IMG/VR virus record: IMGVR_UViG_3300032883_000151
Location: 1 to 47,084 of that record
Source of the DNA: a virus
Lineage: Duplodnaviria > Caudoviricetes
DNA: 47,084 nucleotides
Strand: one strand, 5' to 3'
Shown: one piece after another, positions 19,638-29,658 of the stretch
Layout: each line of letters begins with the position of its first letter
Position numbering within the stretch: the stretch's first letter is position 1
Program-made: the position numbers and the translations under genes
The notes under the pieces: generated by a model
The model's database searches: none
The model's input: only the letters and a program-made list of their open reading frames with translations
Told to the model about the DNA's origin: nothing

Positions 19638-20396
19638 TCAACTCTCGTCGTTCACGCGCCTGAGCGGGGCATACTCACGCTTGGCTTGCACCTGCACGAA
19701 CTCGCCTTCGGGCAGAATGAAGGCCGTCAGTCGCCCACCAAAGCAGCAGCCGGTGTCGATGCCGAAGCACGTTCCGTACTGCGGCAGCACATTGTCGATC
19801 CTAGGATCGGTGAGCGAGTGGACCGTGTGGCCGTAGACGACGTTCTGCGGCGCGGTCCACAGCTCCGTCCAGAAGAACGTGCCAGGAGGCTGCTGTAGCG
19901 TCTTGGGCAATGCGACGTAGCCGCCGTGCGCGTTCACGTACCGCATACGCACGAGCTTGTCGCATCGCTGGGCCGAGAGCGGCTTGGTCGGCTCGAAGCC
20001 GCCGTGTACGGCGTACCAATCCACGCCGCCGTCGAGTGCGCCTAGGTTGATGTAGCACGGCAGCGTTGCCAGCCAGGCGATGTCAGAATCCGTGAGCTGC
20101 GCATTCTCGGCGATCTGACCAGCCTTGAAGCGCATCGGGTTCTTGTAGCCTGGCTCGGTCAGGACGCGCGCTTCGTGCTTGCGCCAACGAACGTGCTTCT
20201 CATCGTGGTTGCCAAGCACGCACTCGGCGGCTAGCTGACGCACCAGCCTGACGACCTCTGGTCCGTGCGAGCCGCGATCAATCAGATCGCCAAGGAACAC
20301 GAGCCTGTCGGCCGGAGCGTATTCCACGGCCCTGAGAAGCTCCTCAAGCTCCTCTAGGCACCCGTGTACGTCACCTACGAGAATCGTCCGAGACAC
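19638..20396 (-). CDS. Calcineurin-like metallophosphoesterase (PrpE/ApaH/Pnkp-phosphatase-like)
   Basis: GDVHG, GDLIDRG, GNHD, VHGG, VVYGH, GIDTGCCFGGRLTA. Confidence 0.9.
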   Translation of the reverse strand: MSRTILVGDVHGCLEELEELLRAVEYAPADRLVFLGDLIDRGSHGPEVVRLVRQLAAECVLGNHDEKHVRWRKHEARVLTEPGYKNPMRFKAGQIAENAQLTDSDIAWLATLPCYINLGALDGGVDWYAVHGGFEPTKPLSAQRCDKLVRMRYVNAHGGYVALPKTLQQPPGTFFWTELWTAPQNVVYGHTVHSLTDPRIDNVLPQYGTCFGIDTGCCFGGRLTAFILPEGEFVQVQAKREYAPLRRVNDES

Positions 20397-20470
20397 CAGC
20401 CCAAACTACGCCTGACTCGCCGCAGCCACAACCCTCGACGAGCCTGGGACAACAGCGATAAGCTCCCCAA

Positions 20471-20890
20471 ATGACCTACTGGGGCCAACGAGGCGCTGGC
20501 ATCGCCTTCATCTGCCCGGCGGACTCGACCATCTTGCTCGTCAAGCGGTCGCCCTACGTCAACGAGCCCGGAACGTGGGGCATCCCTGGCGGGCGCGTAG
20601 AGCCCGGAGAACACCCGTTCGATGCTGCCATGCGGGAGGTGGCCGAGGAGCTTGGATCGGTGCCACAGGGCATCTTGCAGCACGCCAGCGTCTACCGCGA
20701 CAACTCCTTCGAGTACACGACCTACTTCGTCGTTGTACACCCAGTCGGGAAGGCCCGATGGACCCCCACCATCGTCCTCGACTGGGAGAACACCGATGCT
20801 CGCTGGTTCGCTGCTGACCGCCTGCCAAGGCCGCTACACTTCGGCGTCGCGCAGCTTCGCGACGTGATCGAACAGATCGCCGGGATATGA
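20471..20890 (+). CDS. Nudix hydrolase
   Basis: Nudix box GGRVEPGEHPFDAAMREVAEELG. Confidence 0.9.
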   Translation: MTYWGQRGAGIAFICPADSTILLVKRSPYVNEPGTWGIPGGRVEPGEHPFDAAMREVAEELGSVPQGILQHASVYRDNSFEYTTYFVVVHPVGKARWTPTIVLDWENTDARWFAADRLPRPLHFGVAQLRDVIEQIAGI

Positions 20891-21149
20891 CAGTACCTAC
20901 AACTAGCGTCGTTACGTTTTCGCTCACGATAATGCCGAATTGTGTTGCGATCACGCGACATTGGCCAGCTTTTGATGGCCAGAACGGTAGATCTTGCTGT
21001 GATTCCGCATGCTTATCGACTCATTCTCGGACATGAATACGAGATTAAGGTAGATATGTTAACTCCTTAGCTTTCCTGCACTCCTCGGCCCGCGAAATTG
21101 CAGGTGGTCAGACGTGGGCACGCGATTCGCGCAGAAGCGTGACCGATGG

Positions 21150-21764
21150 CTAGCCCGGAATCTTGTACCGAAGGAAGTGAGGCATGGCAGCCATCGTCGA
21201 CAGCCGTCGCATCGATGCTGGCTCCGTATGCTGGTCTCGTTGTCGCGTATGCGTCACGACGCTCAAGCAATGTAGGTAGTAGCTCGTTGCGTCCCGCGTT
21301 CCTTTTGCCATATTGCACGGCGTACAACATGGAACGCAATTGTCGAAGCTATATCCGAACGCATTGTCGAGCCGGTCAATGCCGTTGCAGACTGCTGTCT
21401 TTGTGGCAGTGACCCGCCGTCTCGATGGCGGCTGACCGCAATAATAGCACGGCATCAGCGCCAAGACGCCAAAGTGTGCTCTGCCCAGATCGAACGCAAT
21501 CTCTCGTGAGGCGGCGCCAGCCTTGTAGATGTCAAACAGTGCGTCCAGTGGATCTTTCGTAACCTTCACTTTGCGGACTATCGGCACATCGAGAGTTCGA
21601 CCAAACGCCCCTTTCTGCGGCAACATAGGGTACCCGGCCTTTACCAGCAGCACCATTATGTCTTTCATGGCAACGCCGGTACGGGGAGAAATCGCCTTAA
21701 CGTCTAGCCCGCGTCCATACAGCGCGACCGACTCTCGTTCTTGCTTACGTGTGTATTTTCGCAT
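21150..21764 (-). CDS. HNH-type endonuclease
   Basis: CYYCG..NGIDRLDN..GY..NCVPCCTPCNMAKG; visibly lower GC than flanks. Confidence 0.8.
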   Translation of the reverse strand: MRKYTRKQERESVALYGRGLDVKAISPRTGVAMKDIMVLLVKAGYPMLPQKGAFGRTLDVPIVRKVKVTKDPLDALFDIYKAGAASREIAFDLGRAHFGVLALMPCYYCGQPPSRRRVTATKTAVCNGIDRLDNAFGYSFDNCVPCCTPCNMAKGTRDATSYYLHCLSVVTHTRQRDQHTEPASMRRLSTMAAMPHFLRYKIPG

Positions 21765-21814
21765 CGTTTCATACTTAGTATACGCCAGCGTGACGGTAGT
21801 GCTACACTGCTCGC

Positions 21815-24800
21815 GTGGCAGACCTTACAACGCGCCCCAGACCACTTTCTCGCATCGGCCAGGCTTGGCAAGTCAAGCCGCAGACGCACGTCTACGTGAC
21901 GGCTCTTGCAGCTTGGATTGCATCGCATCAGAACATAAACACCAGGCGTTCCTACAGCTTTGCACTGCGAGAATTCTTCGATTGGTACGAACGGGACAGA
22001 GGCTGGATTCCTGCTCCGCACGAGGTCACCCGCGCCGACGCGGGCATGTACACCGAGTGGCTGCGCCGTAAGCGTGTCGCTCAGCCGGACGATTCTCGCT
22101 CTGTCTCGCCAAACGAAGAGCCTCTCGATGAGTACCGGCTCGCCAAGGATCCCGCGCTGCTCATCGACTACACAATCTACAAGATTGTCAAGATGGCCCA
22201 GGGCGGCAGCCCGAGCCGTGGCGTCGGGGTCAACTACGAAACGATCCGCGACCGTATTCTGTCTACCGGGCCCGCGCGCACGCTCTCGGTCGTAGCCGAG
22301 CAGGTCAAGCAGGAAGAAGCCGAAGACCCGTACGCGCTCGACAAGCACCTGACGTGCATGGTCGAACGCGGCTTTCTGCGCCGCGAGCCGACCATCGAGC
22401 AGCTTCGCAATAGCGGCGATCCGACCCTTGCTCGCATTGGTCTCGACTACCGAGCAGATCCTTCCATCTTCAGCTACTTCCTCAATGCTCGCACCCAGAA
22501 GATCGGCTCCGAGCGCGCGAGCACGGTCGCCTCCAGGCTCGTCGCCCTGGTCAGCTTCTGGAACTACCTCACCGAGAAGATGGGCGAGAACACGCCCGGC
22601 TACGAAGCGCCGATTCGCTTCAACATCTGGGCGCCGTTCCTCAAGGAAGCTGCCAATCAGTCGACCAGCCAGAAACGCGCTAGCCGAGAACGCAAGACGC
22701 CAGACGACCGCATCTTGGACGCCATCCTCGCCACGACCGGCGAATGGACGCTGCAAGACGCCCGTGACCGCGCCCTGCTGCTCATGATGCGAGACATGGG
22801 GCCGCGCGCCGACGAGGTTGCCAAGCTCAAGCGCTACGATGTGGAATGGAGCGACACGCCGTTCGTCACCATCCATGGCAAGGGAGGCAAGGACCGCCGA
22901 CTGCCCATCCCGAAGGAAACCTACGACGCGCTGCTGCTGCTCTGGCGCAAGCTCGAAGACCTAGCCGCATCCGACGTTCGAGAGGAAGGCGACGCCGTCC
23001 CTCGCGCCCGCATCCTGCTCGAAGACGACGCGCCTCTGTTCCCGAGCGTCTCGCGTTGGGGTTGCAATTCTGGCCGCTACACCGAGAAGGGCCGTAACCC
23101 CAAGCAGCCGATCAGCCGCCAGGCCATCGCGATGATGCTCCGGCGTAGGGCCGTGACGGCCGGAATCGACCCGACCAGCGACGACTTCAAGAGGGTCCAC
23201 GCCCACGGCTTCCGACACCTGTTTGCCCACCGGGCCAAGGCTGCCGGGATGCCCATGCCCGACATTCAGGCCGTCCTGGGCCACACGAGCCTCGCCACGA
23301 CGGGCATCTACCTGGAGCAGCACGACGCCAGCCGCCTGAACATCGACCAGTGGATTCGCCCCGTAGCGCCCATCCAGCAGCAGTCTCCGCAGACCCCACA
23401 GACGTTGCCGCAGTACCCGCTGCCTCAGCCTCAGTACCCGGTCCCAGGCTCAGTACAGCCGTATCCTGGCGGGCCGCAGAGGCCGATTTCGCCTCCGCGC
23501 CCCGTAGCTCCGGCCCCGCCTCCTAGGCCGGTCTCGCCTCCTGCCCAAGTAGCCCCGCGCGAGCCTGTCAGGCCGGTCGTCAAGACCATCCCGCGACCAG
23601 AGGTTCGCGAGGAAATCAGAGCCAAGCCCCTTCCGCGACAAGAGCCAGTGGTCATCCGTGAGCCGGAGCCAGAGCCGGAGCCGGACTGGGAAGAGGAACG
23701 GCGCAAGCTTCTTGAGAAGTCTGCACGGCAACGCAGGGCTCCGGTCGTCATCGAACAAGCTCCATCGCCCCCTCGTGGTGGCTACGTCGCCCCGGAAACG
23801 CCTCTTGGAGAGGAGCCAGTGCCTGGCGAGGGCATCGTGGCCGTAGGAGAGCTGCCCGAGCCATCCAAGTTCCCAGGCGCTCCCAAGCCCAACTACGCCT
23901 ACGTCAACTGGGGAGACGAGCGCGACCGCACCTGGCTTCAAAAGAATTCTCGCTACGTTGGCGACCAGATCACTCAGGTCTTCGTCGGCAAGGACTCTCG
24001 CTTGCCCTGGTACACCGGCCCGACCGGCAACCTCAAACCGGAGTTGCCGGTCATGTCTCCGACCCAAGCCATCGGCGAGCAAGGGCTCTACGGCAACGTC
24101 AGGGACGAGCTGGGCGCCATCTGGGTCGAATGGGCGCACGGCAACTCTCCTAACGCTCCAAACGACACTGGGTTTACGGCGGCCATCGCGCTGCTCGACT
24201 GGGTCGACACCGCCCTCGACGTGTCCGCCGACGTGAAAGATGTCGTCTCAGCACGCAACCTAGGCTGGGTCGACTTCGACACTGAAGCTCCCCTCGAACG
24301 CGTCGAAAAGCCAGTCAAGCGCGAGGGCGTCGTCGAGGTCGAACTGTTCGAGGAACCCACGGCCGTGCGTTCGCATCGGGACGACAAGGTCGTGGACTGG
24401 TTCGTCGCGAACGGAAACCAGATGCGCTACAAGGGGCACGAAGCCGAGACCGTTGCTCGCGCCGCCGCGCGCGCCGTCATCGACGATGTGCGTATGCCTT
24501 TGCCAGAGTGGTACGCGTCTGTCGATCCGGTAGCCAGCCTGCCGCTCGAAGAGCGCACCGAGCTGATGGACTGGCTTCTGGCGCTCAGTGGACAGTCTCC
24601 AGTCGACAAGACGCCTCGCTACGGTGGCGCCAGCCGAGCGCAGCTAGCCGAGCTGCTCGCCATGTTCTGCGGGCACGATGTGCTCATCTCCGAGGGCAAA
24701 GCCGCAGAGAAGAAAGGCGAAGCCGTCGACTGGAACGACATCAAGCGGAGCGCGGCCGCCTACGTCGAGCAGATCCGATCCAGGGTCAAGCAGTACACGG

Positions 24801-26110
24801 CCGGACGCATCGCTGACTTCGACTACGCCGCAGAGGCCAAGAGGGTTGCCGCTGCGCGAGCGAAGGCCAAGGTCGAGGCCGGACTTGAGAAGGATGAGCC
24901 CGAGTCGAGCAAGAAGTCGGCAAAGCAAGATGAGAAGGTCGCTACGCGCAACCGCGAACAGTACATGAAACTCCTGGCCAAGCTTTTTGGGCAGGACGTT
25001 CTAGCGGACGACATTCTGAGCCTGGCTGCACTCTGCGGCAAAGGGCCGCTTCGACCCTTTGCCCAGCTCTTCCGGTTCGACAAGAAGACGGCCACCATCC
25101 AGCACACTCGCGAATTCGAGCTTCAGTTCGCCCGCGAGACGCAGACCCACAGCGAATGCGTCGCACGACGCGTGGCCCGCGCTCTCTGGGAGATGCGCAA
25201 GAACGCGCCGACGGAACTCGTCGCGGCTCAAGCTGCGCTCGACACCATGATCGTGGGCGGCATCGAGACGAAGATTGAAGATGCCGAGCGCGACTACGCC
25301 TTCGCACAGGAGCAACAGCTTCCCGCAGAAGACGTCTTGATGCGCAGGCGGTACGCGGAAGAACTCACGGCTCAGCTCAAGGACGCCAAGACGGCCGTCA
25401 GGGACGCCAAGGGCAAGCTGCGCAAGCTGGATCGTACCGATGAGCTGACCGCGTGGACTAGGGCGATGCGCCTTTACCGTATTCCGTGCCCGCCTCCGAT
25501 GGAGAGCGAGCTTCGCGAGCGCGTCGAAGCGGTAGCCGCCAAGGACAAGAGGCCGTTCGGCATCGACGAGCCCATGCCGCTCTGGGCGACGTGGCAGGCC
25601 CACATCGACCGCGTAAAGGAACTGGCCACGCCAGGCCGCATGGAAGTCGGCCAGGAGCTGTTCGAGGAATTCGAGGGGGCGGGTCTTTTCGGAGGCAAAG
25701 AAGAGGCTCGCGAAGCTGTCATCGGAGCCGAAAAGACTCGGATGTTTGGCAAGGAAGGCGAAGCCGGAGCGGGGCACGTCGAGTTCATGGGCGGCCAGAA
25801 GAAGGCCGAGCCCAAGCCCGAAGAAGCTCCCGGCGAGGTCCGTCGCATCCAGGTCGGGGCCGGTGGCGTGAAGGTCGGGCAGGTGATCCCGCCAGAGGAG
25901 CCCAAACGCACGGTCTGGGGCGAAGGCGAGCCAGGAGAGGTCGCTCCGCTGGCTCGCAGGCCGCCGAAGGCCATCAAGATGGGCGGCGAAGGGCTTTGGG
26001 AAGAGGAGTCGTACAAGCAGAATCCGCCCGCGACTTACAAGCCGAACGGACGTATATTCAGGCTGATCCCCAACCCCGTGGACATGCTGTTCGCCATCAA
26101 ATCGAGATAG
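21815..26110 (+). CDS. Tyrosine recombinase (XerD/integrase-like) with ~900-aa C-terminal extension
   Basis: RDRALL..GPRADEV, HGKGGKDR, HAHGFRH, LGHTSLATTGIY; then Pro-rich linker and a large unassigned region. Confidence 0.85.
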   Translation: MADLTTRPRPLSRIGQAWQVKPQTHVYVTALAAWIASHQNINTRRSYSFALREFFDWYERDRGWIPAPHEVTRADAGMYTEWLRRKRVAQPDDSRSVSPNEEPLDEYRLAKDPALLIDYTIYKIVKMAQGGSPSRGVGVNYETIRDRILSTGPARTLSVVAEQVKQEEAEDPYALDKHLTCMVERGFLRREPTIEQLRNSGDPTLARIGLDYRADPSIFSYFLNARTQKIGSERASTVASRLVALVSFWNYLTEKMGENTPGYEAPIRFNIWAPFLKEAANQSTSQKRASRERKTPDDRILDAILATTGEWTLQDARDRALLLMMRDMGPRADEVAKLKRYDVEWSDTPFVTIHGKGGKDRRLPIPKETYDALLLLWRKLEDLAASDVREEGDAVPRARILLEDDAPLFPSVSRWGCNSGRYTEKGRNPKQPISRQAIAMMLRRRAVTAGIDPTSDDFKRVHAHGFRHLFAHRAKAAGMPMPDIQAVLGHTSLATTGIYLEQHDASRLNIDQWIRPVAPIQQQSPQTPQTLPQYPLPQPQYPVPGSVQPYPGGPQRPISPPRPVAPAPPPRPVSPPAQVAPREPVRPVVKTIPRPEVREEIRAKPLPRQEPVVIREPEPEPEPDWEEERRKLLEKSARQRRAPVVIEQAPSPPRGGYVAPETPLGEEPVPGEGIVAVGELPEPSKFPGAPKPNYAYVNWGDERDRTWLQKNSRYVGDQITQVFVGKDSRLPWYTGPTGNLKPELPVMSPTQAIGEQGLYGNVRDELGAIWVEWAHGNSPNAPNDTGFTAAIALLDWVDTALDVSADVKDVVSARNLGWVDFDTEAPLERVEKPVKREGVVEVELFEEPTAVRSHRDDKVVDWFVANGNQMRYKGHEAETVARAAARAVIDDVRMPLPEWYASVDPVASLPLEERTELMDWLLALSGQSPVDKTPRYGGASRAQLAELLAMFCGHDVLISEGKAAEKKGEAVDWNDIKRSAAAYVEQIRSRVKQYTAGRIADFDYAAEAKRVAAARAKAKVEAGLEKDEPESSKKSAKQDEKVATRNREQYMKLLAKLFGQDVLADDILSLAALCGKGPLRPFAQLFRFDKKTATIQHTREFELQFARETQTHSECVARRVARALWEMRKNAPTELVAAQAALDTMIVGGIETKIEDAERDYAFAQEQQLPAEDVLMRRRYAEELTAQLKDAKTAVRDAKGKLRKLDRTDELTAWTRAMRLYRIPCPPPMESELRERVEAVAAKDKRPFGIDEPMPLWATWQAHIDRVKELATPGRMEVGQELFEEFEGAGLFGGKEEAREAVIGAEKTRMFGKEGEAGAGHVEFMGGQKKAEPKPEEAPGEVRRIQVGAGGVKVGQVIPPEEPKRTVWGEGEPGEVAPLARRPPKAIKMGGEGLWEEESYKQNPPATYKPNGRIFRLIPNPVDMLFAIKSR

Positions 26111-26112
26111 TC

Positions 26113-26535
26113 GTGGCTCGTCACCTGCGCATCCTCTACTTCGAGAGTAACGGCAAGCAAGCCAATCACGAGCCTTTGTCGTCGGCCAGGTTGCCAGGCT
26201 TCATCGTTCCGGCAACCAAGATGCCAGCGTCCGTCTACGTGCGCTCAGGAGCCGAGTCCCGCCGCTCCGGCGCAGCCGCGACGCTGCTTGCCGAGATGGC
26301 CAAGAAGCACCCGACGTTCGCCGGAGTTGCCTTCATCTCCTGCCCATCGATCAGCAAGAAGCTGTCGAACAAGCAGGCGTACCTAGCCTCGTTCGTAGCG
26401 GTGTCCCGAGATGGTGAGGTCACACGGGGAGACGCCGCTGCCGAGACCTACAAGTCTGTACGTCGCATGATCGGTTCGCGCATGCGCGAGATCATTCTGT
26501 CGAGAGGCCGCAAGGCCGTCAGGAGAGACCAGTGA
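26113..26535 (+). CDS. Hypothetical protein
   Basis: GTG 2 nt after the recombinase stop; GTGA overlap with next gene. Confidence 0.55.
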   Translation: MARHLRILYFESNGKQANHEPLSSARLPGFIVPATKMPASVYVRSGAESRRSGAAATLLAEMAKKHPTFAGVAFISCPSISKKLSNKQAYLASFVAVSRDGEVTRGDAAAETYKSVRRMIGSRMREIILSRGRKAVRRDQ

Positions 26536-26723
26536 AGTACCTTCAGTCGCAGCCATTCACCGTCGGCGGAGCCACCAAGTCGTACTCGGACGGCTGGGAA
26601 CGCATCTTCGGCAAGAAGGACGAGCCAGAACTCACGCCCGAGACTCCGGCGGAGACGCTACGGCCAGAAGCCCCCGCCACCGAAGATGCCGCCATTGCCG
26701 ATCAGGACAACTTCAGCGCTTGA
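26532..26723 (+). CDS. Small phage protein
   Basis: AGGAG RBS; SYSDGWERIFGKK motif typical of small phage ORFs. Confidence 0.6.
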   Translation: MKYLQSQPFTVGGATKSYSDGWERIFGKKDEPELTPETPAETLRPEAPATEDAAIADQDNFSA

Positions 26724-27333
26724 AGAAGTTGTTGACGACCGAGGCATTGCCCACGACGTAGCCACCGAATCCGGTGCTGAGCTGGTCGTAGAGCCCGCGC
26801 GTTCCGTGGCTGTCAGACGTGTAGGAGAGCGAGTTGGTAGCGTTCATCCCCAGGCTCGTCGATTCGTCGATCACGTCCTGGTTGGCTCCGATGAACACGA
26901 ACTCCCATGAGTAGACTTCGCGCTGGTGGGAGATCATCTCGAACACCTGGGCGCGAGTGAACTTCTCGCTGGCGTTTTCCTGGCCGTCCGTGATGATCAC
27001 GAACAGCACCTTGCTGGGCCTGTCCGCTTCCGGCATCGCGGCCAGCCGCCTTCCGGTGTCCTCGATGGTGCGCCCGATGGCGTCCAGCAGAGCCGTCGAG
27101 CCACGAGGCTCGAACGTCTTGTCCGTCAGGTGCGGCACCTTGGCGATGGGGACAGCGTCGAACAGCACGTCGTAGTGGTTGTCGAACTGCGCCAGCGTCA
27201 TGGTGACGTTCTCGTGCCGCCGCTGGGCGTCGAGGAACGAGTTGAAGCCGCCGATGGTGTCCTCACGGACGGACGCCATCGAGCCGGAACGGTCGAGGAC
27301 GATGCTTACGTGCGTTGCGCTGTTCAGGCTCAT
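26713..27333 (-). CDS. von Willebrand factor A domain protein
   Basis: MIDAS VLDRSGSM, PRGSTALLDAIG, IITDGQENAS, FVFIGANQD. Confidence 0.9.
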   Translation of the reverse strand: MSLNSATHVSIVLDRSGSMASVREDTIGGFNSFLDAQRRHENVTMTLAQFDNHYDVLFDAVPIAKVPHLTDKTFEPRGSTALLDAIGRTIEDTGRRLAAMPEADRPSKVLFVIITDGQENASEKFTRAQVFEMISHQREVYSWEFVFIGANQDVIDESTSLGMNATNSLSYTSDSHGTRGLYDQLSTGFGGYVVGNASVVNNFFKR

Positions 27334-27467
27334 TCGTCGTCACCACCCTCGTCATCGTCGTTCATGTCGTCATCGTCGACCGGATCGTCGCCGTACGGAT
27401 CTTCGCCTCCGCTCTCGGAGCACTTCTCGCCATCGCAATACTCGCTTCCACACGTTGAACAGGACAT
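27330..27467 (-). CDS. Small Cys-rich acidic protein
   Basis: GGAGG RBS; MSCSTCGSEYCDG..DDDEGGDDE; overlaps vWA start. Confidence 0.45.
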   Translation of the reverse strand: MSCSTCGSEYCDGEKCSESGGEDPYGDDPVDDDDMNDDDEGGDDE

Positions 27468-27528
27468 GTGAGCCCTCCTATCTGGATCTGGTAGTCGCGG
27501 ACACGGAATCATTTGATCGTCGTTGCCA

Positions 27529-28383
27529 TCAGGCGAATCTCTCGAATGACGGCGCCCTTCGCACCTTGTGACCGGACGTCTTGATCCTGGGCGTGCGGCC
27601 AAGGTTTGCCATCGGAACGTCTCCGGGGAAGCCCGTCGGATGGCCGTTCTGGTCGTAGCCACCGGCCGAGAGCTTGGCCTTAACGTCGTCCCACCAGAGG
27701 TAGCGCACGCGAACAATCTCGTGCATGACGGGAGCGACGAGCCCGCTCGTGGTCCCGATGTGCTGCTCTACGTGCTCACCGGCTCCGACGGCCGGGCCAG
27801 CGTCGGACTTAGACTCACAGAACTCGCTGGAGACACTGTTCGACGCGAACACGCTGGCAAAACCACCGGCAGCGCTGCTGGAGCCATACGAGCCGCCCAT
27901 CGATGCACCGCGAAGGATGGAACCTGACCCCCCATCGTCGTATCGGGGCCAGCCCTGAACACAGGTGTTGAAAATGACCGGCGGCGTGTACGAGTCAACG
28001 AACACAGCCGCGCTGATGTAGCCCTTGGCCGAAAGATCGCCGTGGGTGTTCGCCGCAACGCTGTCCTGCGTCTTGCCGAACACGAACGCCGCGCCTCCTC
28101 GGTTCGTCTCCGGCCACGCCTTCAGCTCCAGCATGCCCCAGGCTTCGACGACCCAGCGCTTGCCCGTCGCCTGCGAGTTGGCCACGTCGCCCGTGAGCAC
28201 GTCGGTCCCATCGATGGCCAGCTTCACCTCGACGCGCTTGGGAGTCTTGTTGCGGAAGCATACGGCAAACGGCTCCTCGCCGTACACGCCGATGGTTTCG
28301 ATGCCGTCCAGTCCGTACTTACGGAGCGCCCGGCCTTTCGACTCGCGTCGTTGACTGATGATTTCGAGGTCGTAGTTGCCCAT
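27529..28383 (-). CDS. Conserved hypothetical protein
   Basis: IDGTDVLTG..F.F..GYISAAVF..GFPG motifs; own promoter. Confidence 0.7.
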   Translation of the reverse strand: MGNYDLEIISQRRESKGRALRKYGLDGIETIGVYGEEPFAVCFRNKTPKRVEVKLAIDGTDVLTGDVANSQATGKRWVVEAWGMLELKAWPETNRGGAAFVFGKTQDSVAANTHGDLSAKGYISAAVFVDSYTPPVIFNTCVQGWPRYDDGGSGSILRGASMGGSYGSSSAAGGFASVFASNSVSSEFCESKSDAGPAVGAGEHVEQHIGTTSGLVAPVMHEIVRVRYLWWDDVKAKLSAGGYDQNGHPTGFPGDVPMANLGRTPRIKTSGHKVRRAPSFERFA

Positions 28384-28391
28384 GAGCTACG

Positions 28392-28420
28392 AACCTAACG
28401 TGGCTCCCGTAGCGTGTCAA
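28392..28420 (-). promoter_or_regulatory. sigma70-type promoter, near-leaderless
   Basis: TTGACA-N17-TAGGTT, ATG 8 nt after the -10 box. Confidence 0.6.
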
Positions 28421-28439
28421 CTTACGGGTGTCAAATCTG

Positions 28440-28613
28440 CTACGCTCGCCTAACTAGCTCACGATTGATGGCCTCGATGTCCTCCCACGTCAGCTCGACC
28501 GGCAGCATCGCCGCCTTGGCGACCTGCCATCGGGCCGAGCCCTCGAACAGCACGCCGTGCGTCCAGGCTTTGATCGGCACGCTGCCGACTGTCTCGATCA
28601 GTTCGTAGTTCAT
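28440..28613 (-). pseudogene. rtcB: Truncated RtcB RNA ligase (N-terminal ~38 aa only)
   Basis: MNYELIETVGSVPIKAWTHGVLFEGSARWQVAKAAMLP resembles the proteobacterial RtcB N-terminus, then diverges and stops before the MPDxH motif. Confidence 0.7.
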
Positions 28614-28756
28614 GGGGAGTCTCTTGCGCGGGCGACCGACCGTGCAGTCGCCGTCGGGAAGCTCAGCGGCTCGCTGAGCCATTTTGGTCAACCACTCGCT
28701 TGTAATGGGCATGGGGAATCTACATGGCAACCTGACAGGCTGAGAACGAGAAGCAT

Positions 28757-28830
28757 TGGAGCTGGCGCCCGGATTTGAACCGAGATAGGCGGCATACAAG
28801 GCCGCCGTCCTGCCGTTGAACGACACCAGC
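28757..28830 (-). tRNA. tRNA-Thr(UGU)
   Basis: Cloverleaf, loop CTTGTAT, CCA encoded. Confidence 0.9.
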
Positions 28831-28859
28831 CGAGCAGGCTCGACGAACCGAGCCATCAG

Positions 28860-28945
28860 CGGAAGCAGCCGGGATCGAACCGGGGCGCCAGAAGGCGCAT
28901 CCAGATTAGCAGTCTGGCCTCGGGACCTTCCCGAGCGCAGCTTCC
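28860..28945 (-). tRNA. tRNA-Ser(GCU), 8/4 fold
   Basis: Loop CTGCTAA, long V arm, 8-bp acceptor (U-U at pair 7), 4-bp T stem, 6-bp D stem. Confidence 0.85.
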
Positions 28946-28962
28946 ATGGTACTTTCGAGCGC

Positions 28963-29571
28963 ATGATCGAGTGGGTGATCCTGGTGCTGACACTGCTGCA
29001 ACGCCACGAATGCCCGCCGGACATGGTCCGCATCCCAGGCTCCGACTCGTGCATCGACCAGTACGAGTGGCCGAACCTGGCAGGCGAGCTGCCCGCCATC
29101 GGCCTCAGCGCCATGCCCGTTGGACGTGAAACAGGCCAGGACATCGACTCGCTCTGCCGCAGCGTCGGCAAGCGTGTCTGCGAGATCGGTGAGTGGGTCG
29201 CGGCCTGCCGCGGCCCTCACGAAGCTCGCTACCCATGGGGCAACAAACTGCCGCCGCCGCCGCTGGCGCCGTGCAACTACTCCCACGAGCACATCTCCGT
29301 CGACGAGGCCAAGGTCGCGGCACGCGATCCCGTCGAGATGGCCCGCCTAGACCACCGGGATGCTTCCGGCGCCAGGGGCTGTATCAGCGCCAGCGGAGCC
29401 GAGGACATGATGGGCAACGTCGAGGAATGGGTGCGCTGTCCCGGCGTCGGTCGGTACGGCTGGTGCCTTGCCGGACGCTACTGGGGCGAGCCAGAGCCGT
29501 GCAACCGGATGGTCACCGTCCACGCGCCTCGCTGGTTTTTCTACGAAACGGGAGGGAGATGCTGCAGATAG
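28963..29571 (+). CDS. FGE-sulfatase (SUMF1-like) domain protein
   Basis: CPPDMVRI..CIDQYEWPN..GKRVC..EW..AC..YPWG..DMMGNVEEW..GGRCC. Confidence 0.85.
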   Translation: MIEWVILVLTLLQRHECPPDMVRIPGSDSCIDQYEWPNLAGELPAIGLSAMPVGRETGQDIDSLCRSVGKRVCEIGEWVAACRGPHEARYPWGNKLPPPPLAPCNYSHEHISVDEAKVAARDPVEMARLDHRDASGARGCISASGAEDMMGNVEEWVRCPGVGRYGWCLAGRYWGEPEPCNRMVTVHAPRWFFYETGGRCCR

Positions 29572-29654
29572 CGGAAGGAGGCGGAGTCGAACCGCGGCCT
29601 GTGACAGCATCGGGTTTTCGAGGCCCGCGTGGGACCACTCCCACCACACCTTCC
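29572..29654 (-). tRNA. tRNA-Ser(CGA), 8/4 fold
   Basis: Loop CTCGAAA, acceptor GGAAGGTG/CTCCTTCC, T stem GCGG/CCGC. Confidence 0.85.
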
Positions 29655-29658
29655 ATAG

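Noticed and set aside
20364-20474. 36-aa ORF containing RRSHNPRR coupled to the Nudix start
   Set aside because: Overlaps the start of the opposite-strand phosphoesterase and has no RBS; too weak to call, though it may be a frameshifted NP-type leader.
23380-23690. Short repeats such as GAGCCGGAGCCAGAGCCG
   Set aside because: Simply encode the Pro/Glu-rich linker of the recombinase.
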